The position numbers and the translations under genes were made by a program. From a virus: a stretch of DNA of 64,000 nt. The notes under the pieces are model-generated. The model ran no database searches and was not told where the DNA came from. It worked only from the letters and a program-made list of their open reading frames with translations. This document shows, piece by piece, positions 30,901-40,619 of the stretch. The DNA lies in the IMG/VR virus record IMGVR_UViG_3300033149_001257, positions 32,001 through 96,000 of that record; one strand, written 5' to 3'. Each line of letters opens with the position of its first letter. Within the stretch, counting starts at the first letter, position 1.

Positions 30901-31771
30901 CGGGATTAAAATTCGGTACCATGGTATCAATAATAACCCCATCTTCCGTGTTCTTCGTGGTGGTTAAGTTACCAGCCACGGTATATGGGATATTTCCATA
31001 ATGGTCCTCTTTTGTCATTATTTCCTGTATCACATCCTCAGCATAATTAATAGTAGATGTGGGATAATACCAATATGGTTCTACAACTAAATCAAAATCT
31101 TCCCGTACATTTATGGGCGCATTTAATATTATCTGACCATATTCATAATCAATCGTAATATCCTGTATTTTCTCGCCAGCCACAGCACTTCCCCTGAAAA
31201 TTACTTTTATATTCAACGGCGGTTTCTGCGCTATATTTGTGTGTGGTAAATTAAATATTACTGCCAATTTATGGTCAGCATTTTCTGTATCATCTGACAT
31301 GTAATGCGGCGTAATGTACTCAACCCCAGTAAGCGCGGTATTCGTTGTAGCATATGTTACCTCGGTTTTGGGTGATTCATATTTCTTGTCAATATCAACC
31401 CACTGCAACTTAATCATGGCATCTGATACGTTCAATACAAGCGTTGCCGCACCCTGATTAATCACCGGATTTATTTCCTGTATCGTTCCATAGAACTTAT
31501 TAAATAATTCGGGGGTCCCATAAACGTCTATCCCCTCAAATATCTCAACCAATTCCCCTTTGGATATAGGATTAGTTCCACCTGCCGAATATTTACCATC
31601 GGTGTTTTTTATTATTACCCTTAATGTCGCGGTACCATACTTATCATCAAAAGAGTAATCCCAATCGATAGCATCGGTATTTGTAGCGCTGGCTATATCG
31701 CAACGGAACTCTCTTGGAGCCTCGCCGCGGGTTAATATAGCTTGCGCATCTGATGATAATTGTTTAGGCAT
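27962..31771 (-). CDS. large tail tip/hub protein with carbohydrate-binding (discoidin-like) insertions
   Basis: second gene after TMP; two MIDG...DLG..R.I modules, QARYVKI. Confidence 0.68.
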   Translation of the reverse strand: MPKQLSSDAQAILTRGEAPREFRCDIASATNTDAIDWDYSFDDKYGTATLRVIIKNTDGKYSAGGTNPISKGELVEIFEGIDVYGTPELFNKFYGTIQEINPVINQGAATLVLNVSDAMIKLQWVDIDKKYESPKTEVTYATTNTALTGVEYITPHYMSDDTENADHKLAVIFNLPHTNIAQKPPLNIKVIFRGSAVAGEKIQDITIDYEYGQIILNAPINVREDFDLVVEPYWYYPTSTINYAEDVIQEIMTKEDHYGNIPYTVAGNLTTTKNTEDGVIIDTMVPNFNPETIDVKVHLKGSVTDAIDTITTKEDTADFDDTGYIKIDNEFIEYTGKTATTLTGCTRGELSSIAAAHNDKATVYQAYPVGQVWYLTYNNVSTDLVHGNFTIPGILAAQFNRFDKRYGKIILTTPPTGGTGATVTCDVDYTFCTIQATGIQIPVIEFSASKINNRFDAINEIRSLLAPNYIFRTAGSQKVWGSYLTQKVNADYTVPGQISLDYISDGEIYTRVKMYGQNENPTNYMQAVDEDGNRVVSFVDIGTYSATAENQPLQWTGDDITYANYKLYLADANGVYFSPAILSYPTIPNVRFNGVPISDNDVQFQSQVISPTGNGALTLFAPGVTSVDDFSNSDPSEIPSYLSQSHYEVRFGYKISREYPIIIYTTDGERLFTIAAGNANVDYSNGIWYAPSSTNYTKLNQTSYADFYKSISADDVLIDCANATVRIEKDSTHFPSDPDAAFTTPNIAEDTTITIGAPGGRSSGITGHMIDGNTSTYFTHIGVYASERLRVKDVLYSKNINFDLGGTRYISKVELDVGAIMNDDIRLYGGDYAVMYQDVDDTWNYMGSWWTGTHWVASHIEFPAGETDLYTTTWYPNESGAPKYIKKIRILSRIKAINRHPVGLSVYWYTGNAYYKEVRIFENTRNGLVSMDLSYASNNIIKPSTSAPLMIDGLSNTQLQVKFKNKTLSGTQFLIIDLGSLRDIRAIDLLQGFYYPYTNDIKNKLDIENRYSLEYSIDGTSYSSISSDARDFIMKGGEKVSFEEDILGEFFQARYVKIILEELGAIEHAGETFYAVCLAELAIYGNTVLETDATLIPTTQVSVGVTAGDSTINVDDTSAFSDTGTIYIDGAEAFVYTSKTPTTFVSTTDTADNNHAIDVRVSQELETASSLFDDAGLLPIYGDKVYKDRDVHIELSTQPIIDRRGKLMLYEFQKNKSKVRITSMLAPHIIMGMTLRVIDTVNNINQNYFLEKMSAKKSQPTFMLARYPG

Positions 31772-31773
31772 TG

Positions 31774-32169
31774 TTAAATATCCTTTAGTACCTTCAGACT
31801 CATTTTTATCTGGTACTTCTGTGTTGAACCAGATAATTTATCTAACTTATTGAGGGACCGTATTTCACCCTGGATTATCTCTCCGTTTGTCTTGGTTATT
31901 TCAAGCCTGGTGTTATTGTCGGCATATGTTTCCAATCTACTCCATAGGGTAAGAGTAGAATCTTTTGTGAGAAATACAAAATTTGTAATCTCGTGGATTT
32001 TCTTCTCCGGGGGCGAATCCTGTCCTTCCGATCCATCGTACAGCACCACATCTTTCGTCAATGAAACAATGTTTTCCTCTATGGGAACCACTCCGGGAGC
32101 CGGTATTGTGTGCTCGTTTACCCACACTCCACTTTCGTATTTTCTCACTGCCCACCTTATATCAGCCAT
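31774..32169 (-). CDS. distal tail protein candidate
   Basis: immediately after TMP; size and beta-rich composition. Confidence 0.5.
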   Translation of the reverse strand: MADIRWAVRKYESGVWVNEHTIPAPGVVPIEENIVSLTKDVVLYDGSEGQDSPPEKKIHEITNFVFLTKDSTLTLWSRLETYADNNTRLEITKTNGEIIQGEIRSLNKLDKLSGSTQKYQIKMSLKVLKDI

Positions 32170-32178
32170 TTATATCTC

Positions 32179-35100
32179 CTATATCGGTTGAATACCTCTT
32201 AATGAATTCTCTGCAAAATAGTACGATTCTGGCATGGCATATGGATCCCCACTCTTTGCCATGGCGCTCGTATCCCTACTTATACTTTCAAGTAACTTAT
32301 TGGTATAATCAATCTTCGGGGCTATTTCATGCCACCCCTTGGTTATCTCATCCTGTTTATTTTCTTTTTCGGGTGTCATTGCTATCCCGGCTATCATACC
32401 CAATACTCCGCCTATTGCTCCACCCGCAGGACCAAATACTCCACCCATCATAGAACCCACCCCGAAACCGGATGCTGCCTCTCTTGAAATCAATCCACCG
32501 GCTATTACTCCACCTACCCGGAAAGCATTGAGCATTTTATCCGCAGCTGATATTCCACCAACCTCCATACTGGTCGTCATGGCATTCCCATCGGTTATTG
32601 ACGATGATATACCAGCAGATGTCGCTATTCCGGCAGCTGAAATAGCCGTCATGCCAGGAGCTACCTTGGGAATAGATGTTTTTTTACCCATACCACCTGT
32701 CCTGCCAACCGTGCTAGCCCCCATTGAAGAAAATATCCCATAGTTGGCTTCCATCATATCAAGGAACCTATTTGTCATTCTCTTTAATACCACATCCCCC
32801 ATGTTATTCATTAATCCCCTGATGTTATCCAGGGCATCTTCCCACGATTCCGTATGGTGAAGTATGGTCATCATGTAATCAGCCGCTATGCTCTTATACT
32901 GCTTACCAAGTTCGGCCGCCTGTTCCATCTGTTGTAATTGAACACCGTTTATAAGTCCATGTAATTTAAGTATGGTTTCAAGGTCACTTGTGACTTCAAG
33001 ATACTTGTTTTCGCGATCATCCAACCCATCATTAAGGTCTACGGAAAAGTCTTTTTCAAATCCGAGCTTGGCAAGCATCTCGTCTTGACTTTTTAATGCT
33101 TTTTCTGATAAATTGCCACGATTGTCCTCAATGTTTTCAAGTATGGTCTGCGCTGCTATTTGATTAGCAAGCCACGTGTCTGCCATTGATAATTTCGCTT
33201 TTTCAAGTTCAAAATCCTGTTGCTTGTCCCTGAGTTTTCTGCGTAAATTCTCGGTGATCTCTGTTTCTATTGTTTCTTCCTCGTCTTTATCGTCAACTGT
33301 TTTTTTACCCACCCCTGCATTTTTCTTATTTATTTCCAACTGCTTTTCTTTTTCGGTGGTTATTTCTTTTTCTCCATTTAGATGTGCAAGCATATAATCA
33401 TACGATTCTTGAAAATCTGCCCCCTCTTCTCTCCTTTTTTTCCAAGCATACCGCGTAGATAAGGTTTCCTTCATTGCGGTGGACATCACATCCCCTATGG
33501 CACCCCCCATAGATACTAAGACTTTTGCAGGCAATCCCATGGCCTTACTAAGCAATGAATACCTGTTCTGTGATTCTATTAGAGAATCTATAAGTTCTTT
33601 CATTGGTCCTTTTGTGTCTTCTAATGATTCTATGAAGTCTGTCTGTATGGCATTCCCGAGAATTTTAAATGATGCCGCCAATGTGTTCTCTACTTTATCG
33701 GCCGTATTCTCTGCAAAATCCTTAAATGTTTCATCGCTTGTTTTTACCGTGGCTTCCCATTTTTTGAAATCGTTAAGTATTGCCCCAACCGCTCTACCAC
33801 CCCTTAATCCAAATATGTCCATAAGCCTACGCAAATCGTCTACGGAAAGAGCCGCCCCCTCAAATCTCCAGCTCAACTGTTCCATCATGTCATTAAGGTC
33901 CAACGGAGCTGCAGGGTCAAATATTAACCCAAACTCGGTTTTTAACTTACCAGATTTTTTGGCTATCATCAAAAATGTTGACATCAGCGACGTACCTGCT
34001 CGAGTGTTCCCGCACCATACCGGCTTGCCGTTTCTTCTGACGTAAAGCAATTCGTTTGGCACGGAAACGCAATGTTGTCTACCATTATAATCTATTTCTT
34101 TATGTTGATGGGATAATAACATTGGTTCGTTTTTGAATGTATTTATTCCTATGTTATACATATCTTTATTATCATTATTGTGTTTTAAAATGTATTTTTT
34201 GCAATCTCCACTCAACCCAATTTTTAATAATAATTCTATAAAATCATCTTTAAGTTTTTTTGAACTTGTGTGATATCTGAATCCACACTCAATCCTTTTG
34301 TCTTTACTGCCATCCCCCATCATTAATGAATTATATATAATTTTTAATTGACGTGACGATAGTTGTAATATTTCTCTGGGTATAAATTTATCTCTTGCAT
34401 GTCCAAATTGTTTCAAGTAAGACCACAATTGCTTAGAAGTTATGACTATCTTTTTATGTTTTGGATATGCTTGTACATTGAATGGTAGTTTTGACATAAT
34501 GGTTGTCATTTTATTAAATGTTTTACCATACTTTTGTGTAACTACAACATCATAATTACCATTATATCCTTTGGTTGCGTGTCCTTCTGCAATCCATATG
34601 CCTAAAAATGCTAACCAATGATCCATCTTGATTTTTATATTATTTACTGTTCGTGTTTTATTTTCTACGGATGGTAAATGAAAATATTTAGTTTCCCTAC
34701 CGTTCCATTTTGAATTTTTCTTAAGTATTCTATTTTTTTGATACATATTTTCAGCAATTTCTATTTGATAATCTTTTTTTATTCTCTTGTCGGATTTAAC
34801 ATACATTCTATGGTTAGGGGTAACCAATAAATTGACTTTCTTATTAGAAAATAATATCATTTTCCCTTTGTAGGGTGCATCAACATATTCATAGGGTTTC
34901 TGGTATTCAAGTTCTTTTGTTTCTGGATTTAGAGTGGCTACCTTTTCAGTCTTATTTAGGTCCTTGAAATATTTCCATCCCTGGTTTGTTAGTATTTCTG
35001 TTTCATCATCATAGCATCCCTTAAGCAATCCAGAATTTAGGAATCCTATGGTTCCTATGAGTGTTTTAATGTCAACATTCATTATTGCACCAGCGGAACC

Positions 35101-35922
35101 AACTAACCTCATGGCTGATTCTATTTCGGAGAGCTCCACCTGTTGATTACTATACGTAAATGTTAGGAGGTCGGCTATGTATTGAAACTTTTCTTGAGCC
35201 GTGTTTGCATTCTCAATATTCTTTCCGAAAACATTATACATCCCGGCCACGAGTTTACCGGTTTCGTTTATGTCGCCGTATGTACCTACCGTCATGTCCA
35301 TTACATGCTTATGTCCAGCCATTATCTCCGTCGTGGAAAGGCCAGCCGTGCCAAGAAAATAAAGTGCTTTTGCTGAATCCATAAGCGATGCGCGAGATGT
35401 CTTGCCATAATCAAGCACCTGCCCTTTAAGCATTTTCATGGTGCCACTAAAATCATCTCCAAACCCCCTGGCTACAGTACTTACGCGCCCCATTATATCG
35501 TCAAGTTCTACGAATCCCTTTACGAGATTTGTAATCATCCTTACTGTCCCAAACATTACTCCACCAATTAATGCCCATGATGCAAATTTAGATACCACGT
35601 CTCCCAAAGACTGACTTATACCAAGAAACCCCCATTTTATCTTTTTCTGGGAACTTATGAGTTTACCTGTGGAGTTATTATATTTTCTAATGGTTCCATC
35701 GTGCTTTCGGTATGATTTTGTAAGTATACCCTGCGCGTTTGTTTCTTCTTTTATGAGCTTACCACGTCTTCCCATTACCCTTTCTTGGGCCCGCGTGGAT
35801 TGCGTTACCTTCTTTGTGGCAGTATCCAGCTTATTAAGTTTGTTAGATGCCTGCATTATCTTATCAAACTTTTTAGTGTCTATGGTAACTTCAATATTAA
35901 TTCTGTCAGTGAATAGAGCCAT
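32179..35922 (-). CDS. tail tape measure protein (TP901-like core) with intein
   Basis: A..LYFLGTAGL, AGTSL, IFGLRG TMP-type motifs; Gly/Ala-rich C-terminus. Confidence 0.88.
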   Translation of the reverse strand: MALFTDRINIEVTIDTKKFDKIMQASNKLNKLDTATKKVTQSTRAQERVMGRRGKLIKEETNAQGILTKSYRKHDGTIRKYNNSTGKLISSQKKIKWGFLGISQSLGDVVSKFASWALIGGVMFGTVRMITNLVKGFVELDDIMGRVSTVARGFGDDFSGTMKMLKGQVLDYGKTSRASLMDSAKALYFLGTAGLSTTEIMAGHKHVMDMTVGTYGDINETGKLVAGMYNVFGKNIENANTAQEKFQYIADLLTFTYSNQQVELSEIESAMRLVGSAGAIMNVDIKTLIGTIGFLNSGLLKGCYDDETEILTNQGWKYFKDLNKTEKVATLNPETKELEYQKPYEYVDAPYKGKMILFSNKKVNLLVTPNHRMYVKSDKRIKKDYQIEIAENMYQKNRILKKNSKWNGRETKYFHLPSVENKTRTVNNIKIKMDHWLAFLGIWIAEGHATKGYNGNYDVVVTQKYGKTFNKMTTIMSKLPFNVQAYPKHKKIVITSKQLWSYLKQFGHARDKFIPREILQLSSRQLKIIYNSLMMGDGSKDKRIECGFRYHTSSKKLKDDFIELLLKIGLSGDCKKYILKHNNDNKDMYNIGINTFKNEPMLLSHQHKEIDYNGRQHCVSVPNELLYVRRNGKPVWCGNTRAGTSLMSTFLMIAKKSGKLKTEFGLIFDPAAPLDLNDMMEQLSWRFEGAALSVDDLRRLMDIFGLRGGRAVGAILNDFKKWEATVKTSDETFKDFAENTADKVENTLAASFKILGNAIQTDFIESLEDTKGPMKELIDSLIESQNRYSLLSKAMGLPAKVLVSMGGAIGDVMSTAMKETLSTRYAWKKRREEGADFQESYDYMLAHLNGEKEITTEKEKQLEINKKNAGVGKKTVDDKDEEETIETEITENLRRKLRDKQQDFELEKAKLSMADTWLANQIAAQTILENIEDNRGNLSEKALKSQDEMLAKLGFEKDFSVDLNDGLDDRENKYLEVTSDLETILKLHGLINGVQLQQMEQAAELGKQYKSIAADYMMTILHHTESWEDALDNIRGLMNNMGDVVLKRMTNRFLDMMEANYGIFSSMGASTVGRTGGMGKKTSIPKVAPGMTAISAAGIATSAGISSSITDGNAMTTSMEVGGISAADKMLNAFRVGGVIAGGLISREAASGFGVGSMMGGVFGPAGGAIGGVLGMIAGIAMTPEKENKQDEITKGWHEIAPKIDYTNKLLESISRDTSAMAKSGDPYAMPESYYFAENSLRGIQPI
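34006..35016 (-). mobile_element. intein (337 aa) with LAGLIDADG-type homing endonuclease
   Basis: N-junction LKG|CYDDETEILT, block B VTPNHRM, LGIWIAEG and LMMGDG, C-junction CVSVPN...WCGN|T; segment is AT-richer than flanks. Confidence 0.93.
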
Positions 35923-35924
35923 TT

Positions 35925-36404
35925 TTAGACCTCGGTATAGTGATTATACTCTAAAGTTATTGTATGTAAATTCTGGAAAAAACTATCATCTCCTGGCATT
36001 ATTTCTACTCCTGCGGATATATCAAACTTCTTTATTCCGTCTGTTCCAAATGCGGACCTGTATGTATTGGCAAACTTATTTAATTCCAATGAAATCAAAT
36101 CTCTCTTCTTTTCTCCACCAGAACCTCTTGTCGTTGTTACTATTATGTTATAGCTCAGAGTGTATCGTATACCCTTCTGTTCGTTACCTGCCCCATTCTT
36201 ACCCTGTGTCCTCTGTCCACCAATAGCATCGGGTAATTGGTCAATCACAAAGAATCTTATCACCGGTTTCGTGAGAGTCGTGGGTATTTTCTTTCTGCGA
36301 TAGATTATATTACAATCAATCGACCCTGTAAAATATACCCTCATGCGCGCGGCAATGTTGGTCTTTATGCTATTATAGAAATTGTCATTATTAACTACTG
36401 ACAT
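35925..36404 (-). CDS. tail terminator/completion protein candidate
   Basis: size, position, KPVIRF...Y.I.V pattern. Confidence 0.5.
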   Translation of the reverse strand: MSVVNNDNFYNSIKTNIAARMRVYFTGSIDCNIIYRRKKIPTTLTKPVIRFFVIDQLPDAIGGQRTQGKNGAGNEQKGIRYTLSYNIIVTTTRGSGGEKKRDLISLELNKFANTYRSAFGTDGIKKFDISAGVEIMPGDDSFFQNLHTITLEYNHYTEV

Positions 36405-36883
36405 TATCCTCTCCTCATTGTTCGTCTTATTGCTGATTTTACTGTGTTATTATATTCTGATGGAATCACGCTTCCAAAATATATCTTCCATAATGGCAAC
36501 CAGTTTCGTGCGCCCACTATTTGCCCTACCGAACCTGTTCCTGCAAGAACATCTTTACTGTACGTATTATGAACATCATAATAGCGACTATCCCCGGAAC
36601 CTCTTTGCCCTGGTGTCATTGATGGGTCGCAGAATATTATCATGTTTGTGTTCCCCACATGCACGGCCGTTGCCTTGGCACTGTTCAGGAGTTTATATGT
36701 CCTGGTATACGCATATGGTTTATATGTATCATAAACAACCTGCTTAACTATTTCTTTGGCCTTCGTGGTGAATCTCTTTTCATTTGCCTTAAAATACACC
36801 TTACCGCCTGTCCTTACAGATGCAGGTAGGTTCTTTAGGTTGCGCTTTATTCGTTTTAATCCATGTACCTTAATCTTAATCAT
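36404..36883 (-). CDS. HK97 gp10-like neck protein
   Basis: IKVHGLKRIKRNL N-terminus, YTRTYKLLNS, ARNWL. Confidence 0.6.
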   Translation of the reverse strand: MIKIKVHGLKRIKRNLKNLPASVRTGGKVYFKANEKRFTTKAKEIVKQVVYDTYKPYAYTRTYKLLNSAKATAVHVGNTNMIIFCDPSMTPGQRGSGDSRYYDVHNTYSKDVLAGTGSVGQIVGARNWLPLWKIYFGSVIPSEYNNTVKSAIRRTMRRG

Positions 36884-36884
36884 A

Positions 36885-37391
36885 TCACCACGTTATCCCA
36901 TCTTCGGTACCATCTGCTCCGGTATCGCTTACCGGTTCAGCAACCGCTTTTTCTTTTCTCTTGCAGGGAATAGCCTGGCTCATCTGGCTTATCCCCAGTG
37001 GAACAGTCGTTTGTTCTGCAATGGCCGGATCGGTATTTATCGGGTACCATTTAATATCTCTGTATGTGAAATACCATCTTTTTTCATGGGCATCCAAAAG
37101 CGCTCCTATATCAGTACTCCTATTAATAAAGAATATGCAATCACCTACCGTTACCGCACCTGTATTGATGAGAAGTTTATCATACATGGTCACTATTTTA
37201 AGAATAGCTTTTAATGATGCGCTACCCCATGTTCCAACCCCACCATCATAAGCCCCTTCATCGGGCTCCCATGTGCCCGTATGGCTTGCCAGATAATGCA
37301 GCGTTATTTCCGTTGCTTCAGGAGAATCCAGAAGAACAGCAAAATCTGTTTTCATCCTGGCTATCCCGCGATTGTTTATGAAACCTTTCAT
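36885..37391 (-). CDS. head closure/stopper candidate
   Basis: position and G.V..GD motif. Confidence 0.5.
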   Translation of the reverse strand: MKGFINNRGIARMKTDFAVLLDSPEATEITLHYLASHTGTWEPDEGAYDGGVGTWGSASLKAILKIVTMYDKLLINTGAVTVGDCIFFINRSTDIGALLDAHEKRWYFTYRDIKWYPINTDPAIAEQTTVPLGISQMSQAIPCKRKEKAVAEPVSDTGADGTEDGITW

Positions 37392-37400
37392 TCGTCCTCC

Positions 37401-37706
37401 TCAATGCTTGGGGTACTTACTTTTCTTCTTTCCTTTGCCATCGACCTGTTTCCTTGCGCTCGCTATCTTATCATCAGATTTCGCAAGATAATATCTCTCT
37501 ATCGCAGACTTTACTTCAAGAAACGCCACCATTTCAGCCTTATCTTCCCTACTTAATCTATCAAACTCCGATGGGGTCTTTCCCCATTCCATTGCGGTGT
37601 TGAGTTCCTGATAGCGAAAGTTGATTTTTATTCCGTCTTTATCTTCCTTAACATTTAATAAGAAATCTTTTAATTTCTTATCCGCTATCAGGTTGTTACG
37701 AAAGGG
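37401..37706 (-). CDS. tail assembly chaperone C-terminal extension (gpT-like), reached by -1 frameshift
   Basis: -1 frame open from the slippery site through MEWGKTPSEFDRL to stop at 37401. Confidence 0.75.
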   Translation of the reverse strand, partial: PFRNNLIADKKLKDFLLNVKEDKDGIKINFRYQELNTAMEWGKTPSEFDRLSREDKAEMVAFLEVKSAIERYYLAKSDDKIASARKQVDGKGKKKSKYPKH

Positions 37707-38329
37707 TTTACTAGCCCCCCGTATCCTGTTAATTCAAAGATAATGTAATTGTAAAGCCTTTCAACATCGCCCGCCGGTATCTTTTTGCCTAAATTGGTCC
37801 ATCTCTCTTGCCAGTCCTTACCTGGTATCTTTATCTGCGGCATACTCTTTTCAAGCACGAGCAATTTTTCTTTTCTGGTCATTAATGTCTTTTTCTTGAT
37901 ATATTCAGGGTCGTTAATATCATCCTCATATTGAACGAGACCCCTACCGTCAACCAAAACCTTGTTGGTTATGGGGTTTCTCTTCTCTTTTTTAGGAACC
38001 TTTACGTCACACTGCCTATTTATATCCTCTGTCATTTCGTGCGATAGTGGTCTGCATTCAAATACCACCCCACCACCACCCGACCTCAAGAATGTGGTTT
38101 TGTATACTTCCTCTTTATTCCAATCATCAAAGCTGTTTATTGTCCTTAATTCTTTCTTGCCGCTGGTCTTCCCTTCTGGAATACCAAGTTCAGCCTTAAT
38201 CTCCGCAGTGAGTTCTTCTTTGAACTCATCTTTTACCATTTCAACCACTTCTCCAACAACCTGTTTTGCGGTTTCTTCTTTTACTCCGGAATCCGTAAGC
38301 AGTTTTTCTACAACTTCTCTTTTTGCCAT
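37688..38329 (-). CDS. tail assembly chaperone (gpG-like)
   Basis: follows tube genes; ends ...LVNPFVTT over slippery heptamer. Confidence 0.72.
   Translation of the reverse strand: MAKREVVEKLLTDSGVKEETAKQVVGEVVEMVKDEFKEELTAEIKAELGIPEGKTSGKKELRTINSFDDWNKEEVYKTTFLRSGGGGVVFECRPLSHEMTEDINRQCDVKVPKKEKRNPITNKVLVDGRGLVQYEDDINDPEYIKKKTLMTRKEKLLVLEKSMPQIKIPGKDWQERWTNLGKKIPAGDVERLYNYIIFELTGYGGLVNPFVTT
37700..37706 (-). other. programmed -1 ribosomal frameshift site C CCT TTC
   Basis: X XXY YYZ heptamer 4 codons before the stop; -1 frame open for ~100 codons. Confidence 0.78.
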
Positions 38330-38344
38330 TTTTTACTTCCTCCT

Positions 38345-38767
38345 TTAGCTAATTTTGCCCGGCTTGAATCTTGCTGTTACTCTGACCGTATCGTTATCTC
38401 TGAATAATACCTGCCACATCGTGTTCTTGCAATCCTCAAGGGTATATATATCTTCCTGCGCGGTTGTTAAATTCTCAAATGTTACCACTATCTCATACTT
38501 CTTTGTTCTATCGGTAGCATTAAATTCCAGGTCCTTGCTATAATAGAAATTCCCCATACTGAAATCGTAGGATTGCGTTTCGTCTTGAATGTCTATGTCA
38601 TCTGTGCCGTACTGGTATTCTTCTGTGGTGGTAAGTGATTTGAGTAGTGATACGTCCTGGGTGTACTTACATGTGAAGAGTAGGGTAGTAGAGGATCCAT
38701 AATCGCCCACTACTACCTCATATATAGAAACACTGGCTTCATTGGCTGTGAAGACTTCTTCTGTCAT
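38345..38767 (-). CDS. tail-tube-like protein
   Basis: 140 aa acidic beta-rich protein between major tail candidate and chaperone. Confidence 0.5.
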   Translation of the reverse strand: MTEEVFTANEASVSIYEVVVGDYGSSTTLLFTCKYTQDVSLLKSLTTTEEYQYGTDDIDIQDETQSYDFSMGNFYYSKDLEFNATDRTKKYEIVVTFENLTTAQEDIYTLEDCKNTMWQVLFRDNDTVRVTARFKPGKIS

Positions 38768-38840
38768 GATATGCCTCCGCTATGGATTTTTTATGCGCCG
38801 TGCCTAACCGTATGCCGTATGCCGTTTCCGAAAGCCTAGT

Positions 38841-39587
38841 TTACGCTATACACATCAGCGTGTTGTACATCCCTGTACCTGATACTGCTCCATCGGAGTT
38901 ATCAGAGAAATCTACAGGAGCTGATTGTATACGTGTTTTATTGAAATAATATGTTTCTGTGGCAGTTGACCCGCCATCGTCTTTAATCTCAACCTTTAAG
39001 AGTATGTTTCTATCCCTTACCCACGTGAGTCCTGCAGTAAAGGCCTGGTACAGTTTATTGATATTAATTGAGGTTTCACCACGTGCCCTTTTCCAATGAT
39101 CCGCAACTTCATACTTGTTGGCTATTGCCCTGGATGTGGTTCCTTCATCATATGTAAATCCAGTATCATATCCTATGGTTCCACCAAGCGCATTGTCCCA
39201 GTATGAAGCAGGTGGAATAGAAATAAGTTCTACCTTCTCTCCGGCCGCTCCACCAGTGAATGTCACGGAAGTTACATCAGTATATGTTTCAATGGCAGCA
39301 TATGAATCGGTAATCACAACACCTGACCCTTCCTGGCTTCTCGCATCCAGTGTGACTGTTCCTGACGTTCCTGTTCCGGTTACTGTTAATACCACGGCCG
39401 CAGAACCTACTGCGTTTTCTTTCACCCTGGCATATATCGGAGTTCCACCAGCAAATATAGCAGTATCTGCCGTATATGTTCCAGCTCCTGAACCGGTGAT
39501 TACTAACTCGCCCACCACAATCCAGTCCGTAAAGCTATACGACAGCTCCACTTCCAATTGGTTTTTTACTGTTAATGTTCTTGCCAT
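38841..39587 (-). CDS. major tail protein candidate
   Basis: G/T/A-rich N-terminal beta domain plus tube-like C-terminal domain; synteny. Confidence 0.55.
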   Translation of the reverse strand: MARTLTVKNQLEVELSYSFTDWIVVGELVITGSGAGTYTADTAIFAGGTPIYARVKENAVGSAAVVLTVTGTGTSGTVTLDARSQEGSGVVITDSYAAIETYTDVTSVTFTGGAAGEKVELISIPPASYWDNALGGTIGYDTGFTYDEGTTSRAIANKYEVADHWKRARGETSININKLYQAFTAGLTWVRDRNILLKVEIKDDGGSTATETYYFNKTRIQSAPVDFSDNSDGAVSGTGMYNTLMCIA

Positions 39588-39873
39588 CGTTACCCTCCCT
39601 CTTGAATTTTTTAATCAAATCCTTGCGGATTATTATATCTCCATCGTCTATGGCGTTCATAATTTTAGTATAATTTCCTACCGCTTGCCGGCTGGGGCCT
39701 ATAATCCTTTTATTCTTTATTTCCTTCTGGCCCTTGGCAAGACTATCGTCACCTAAAACCATATCTATCATATCCATCCCATCGCATACTTTACGTAGAC
39801 AATATAAGAAATATGCTTTCAGTTCCTTGGTTTCAACCTCATCAGCTTGTATAAAATCTTTAGGCGTTCGCAT
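39535..39873 (-). CDS. hypothetical protein
   Basis: coupled ORF in head-tail block. Confidence 0.55.
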   Translation of the reverse strand: MRTPKDFIQADEVETKELKAYFLYCLRKVCDGMDMIDMVLGDDSLAKGQKEIKNKRIIGPSRQAVGNYTKIMNAIDDGDIIIRKDLIKKFKREGNDGKNINSKKPIGSGAVV

Positions 39874-40312
39874 CGATTATCTCCTCAACTCTATCGGCCA
39901 TAGTTAAGTACTGGTCAACCGAACCGTCAGATGTTATGGGAACATTTCCACCGGCGGCAAGTTTCTGCAGAGCATCCTCTATGGCTGTAAGTAAATCTTC
40001 CTTAGTGGTATCTCCGCTCCGGTCAATACTTAGCACCACCGTTCTGTAGCTAAATGTCGGCTCAGGAGCCAATATCATCTTGGCTGCTTTTAATGATAAT
40101 TCTTTCGTCTTATCATTATCCGCCGTAATGTCCGGCGTTATCTCGGTCACACCGGACACTTTACTGTATCCTGAAACACTATCAAAGAGCAATACTTGCG
40201 TTATCGAGGCATCCAATATGTTGTTAGAATAATCATATACACCGTCCGTGCCCCAATCTCCTAACCATGTGCGTATGTAGTCATACACTGTGCTGTAAGC
40301 AATATCCGCCAT
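39860..40312 (-). CDS. head-tail adaptor candidate
   Basis: IRTWLGD...YS...L pattern typical of adaptors; follows capsid. Confidence 0.6.
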   Translation of the reverse strand: MADIAYSTVYDYIRTWLGDWGTDGVYDYSNNILDASITQVLLFDSVSGYSKVSGVTEITPDITADNDKTKELSLKAAKMILAPEPTFSYRTVVLSIDRSGDTTKEDLLTAIEDALQKLAAGGNVPITSDGSVDQYLTMADRVEEIIDANA

Positions 40313-40324
40313 GGCTCTATCTCC

Positions 40325-40570
40325 TTACATTATTTTAATGCTACCGGTTTCAATGGTGGCTTTCTTGAAAATCTTTATCGCTCCTTTTGAAACCAGGTGG
40401 TCTACTTCTTTTTTGTACTTACTGGCAACCTCTACCACACCGTCCTCTATTGAGATAATCTTGCTGCCTATTGAAACGATGTGGCCATCATCTGCCTTCG
40501 CCTTTTTTTTAACCTGAATGAAAAATGTCTCATCCACGTTTGTAGCGTTCTTCTCGGTTTCCGGTGCCAT
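40325..40570 (-). CDS. small hypothetical protein after capsid
   Basis: AAGGAGG RBS. Confidence 0.65.
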   Translation of the reverse strand: MAPETEKNATNVDETFFIQVKKKAKADDGHIVSIGSKIISIEDGVVEVASKYKKEVDHLVSKGAIKIFKKATIETGSIKIM

Positions 40571-40619
40571 TTGCTTATCCTCCTTTTATTTTACCAACAT
40601 CAACATCTACGAGTTAGTA

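Noticed and set aside
38790-38828. Short ACGGCAT tandem repeat between tail genes
   Set aside because: Only two full units plus degenerate copies; no supportable function
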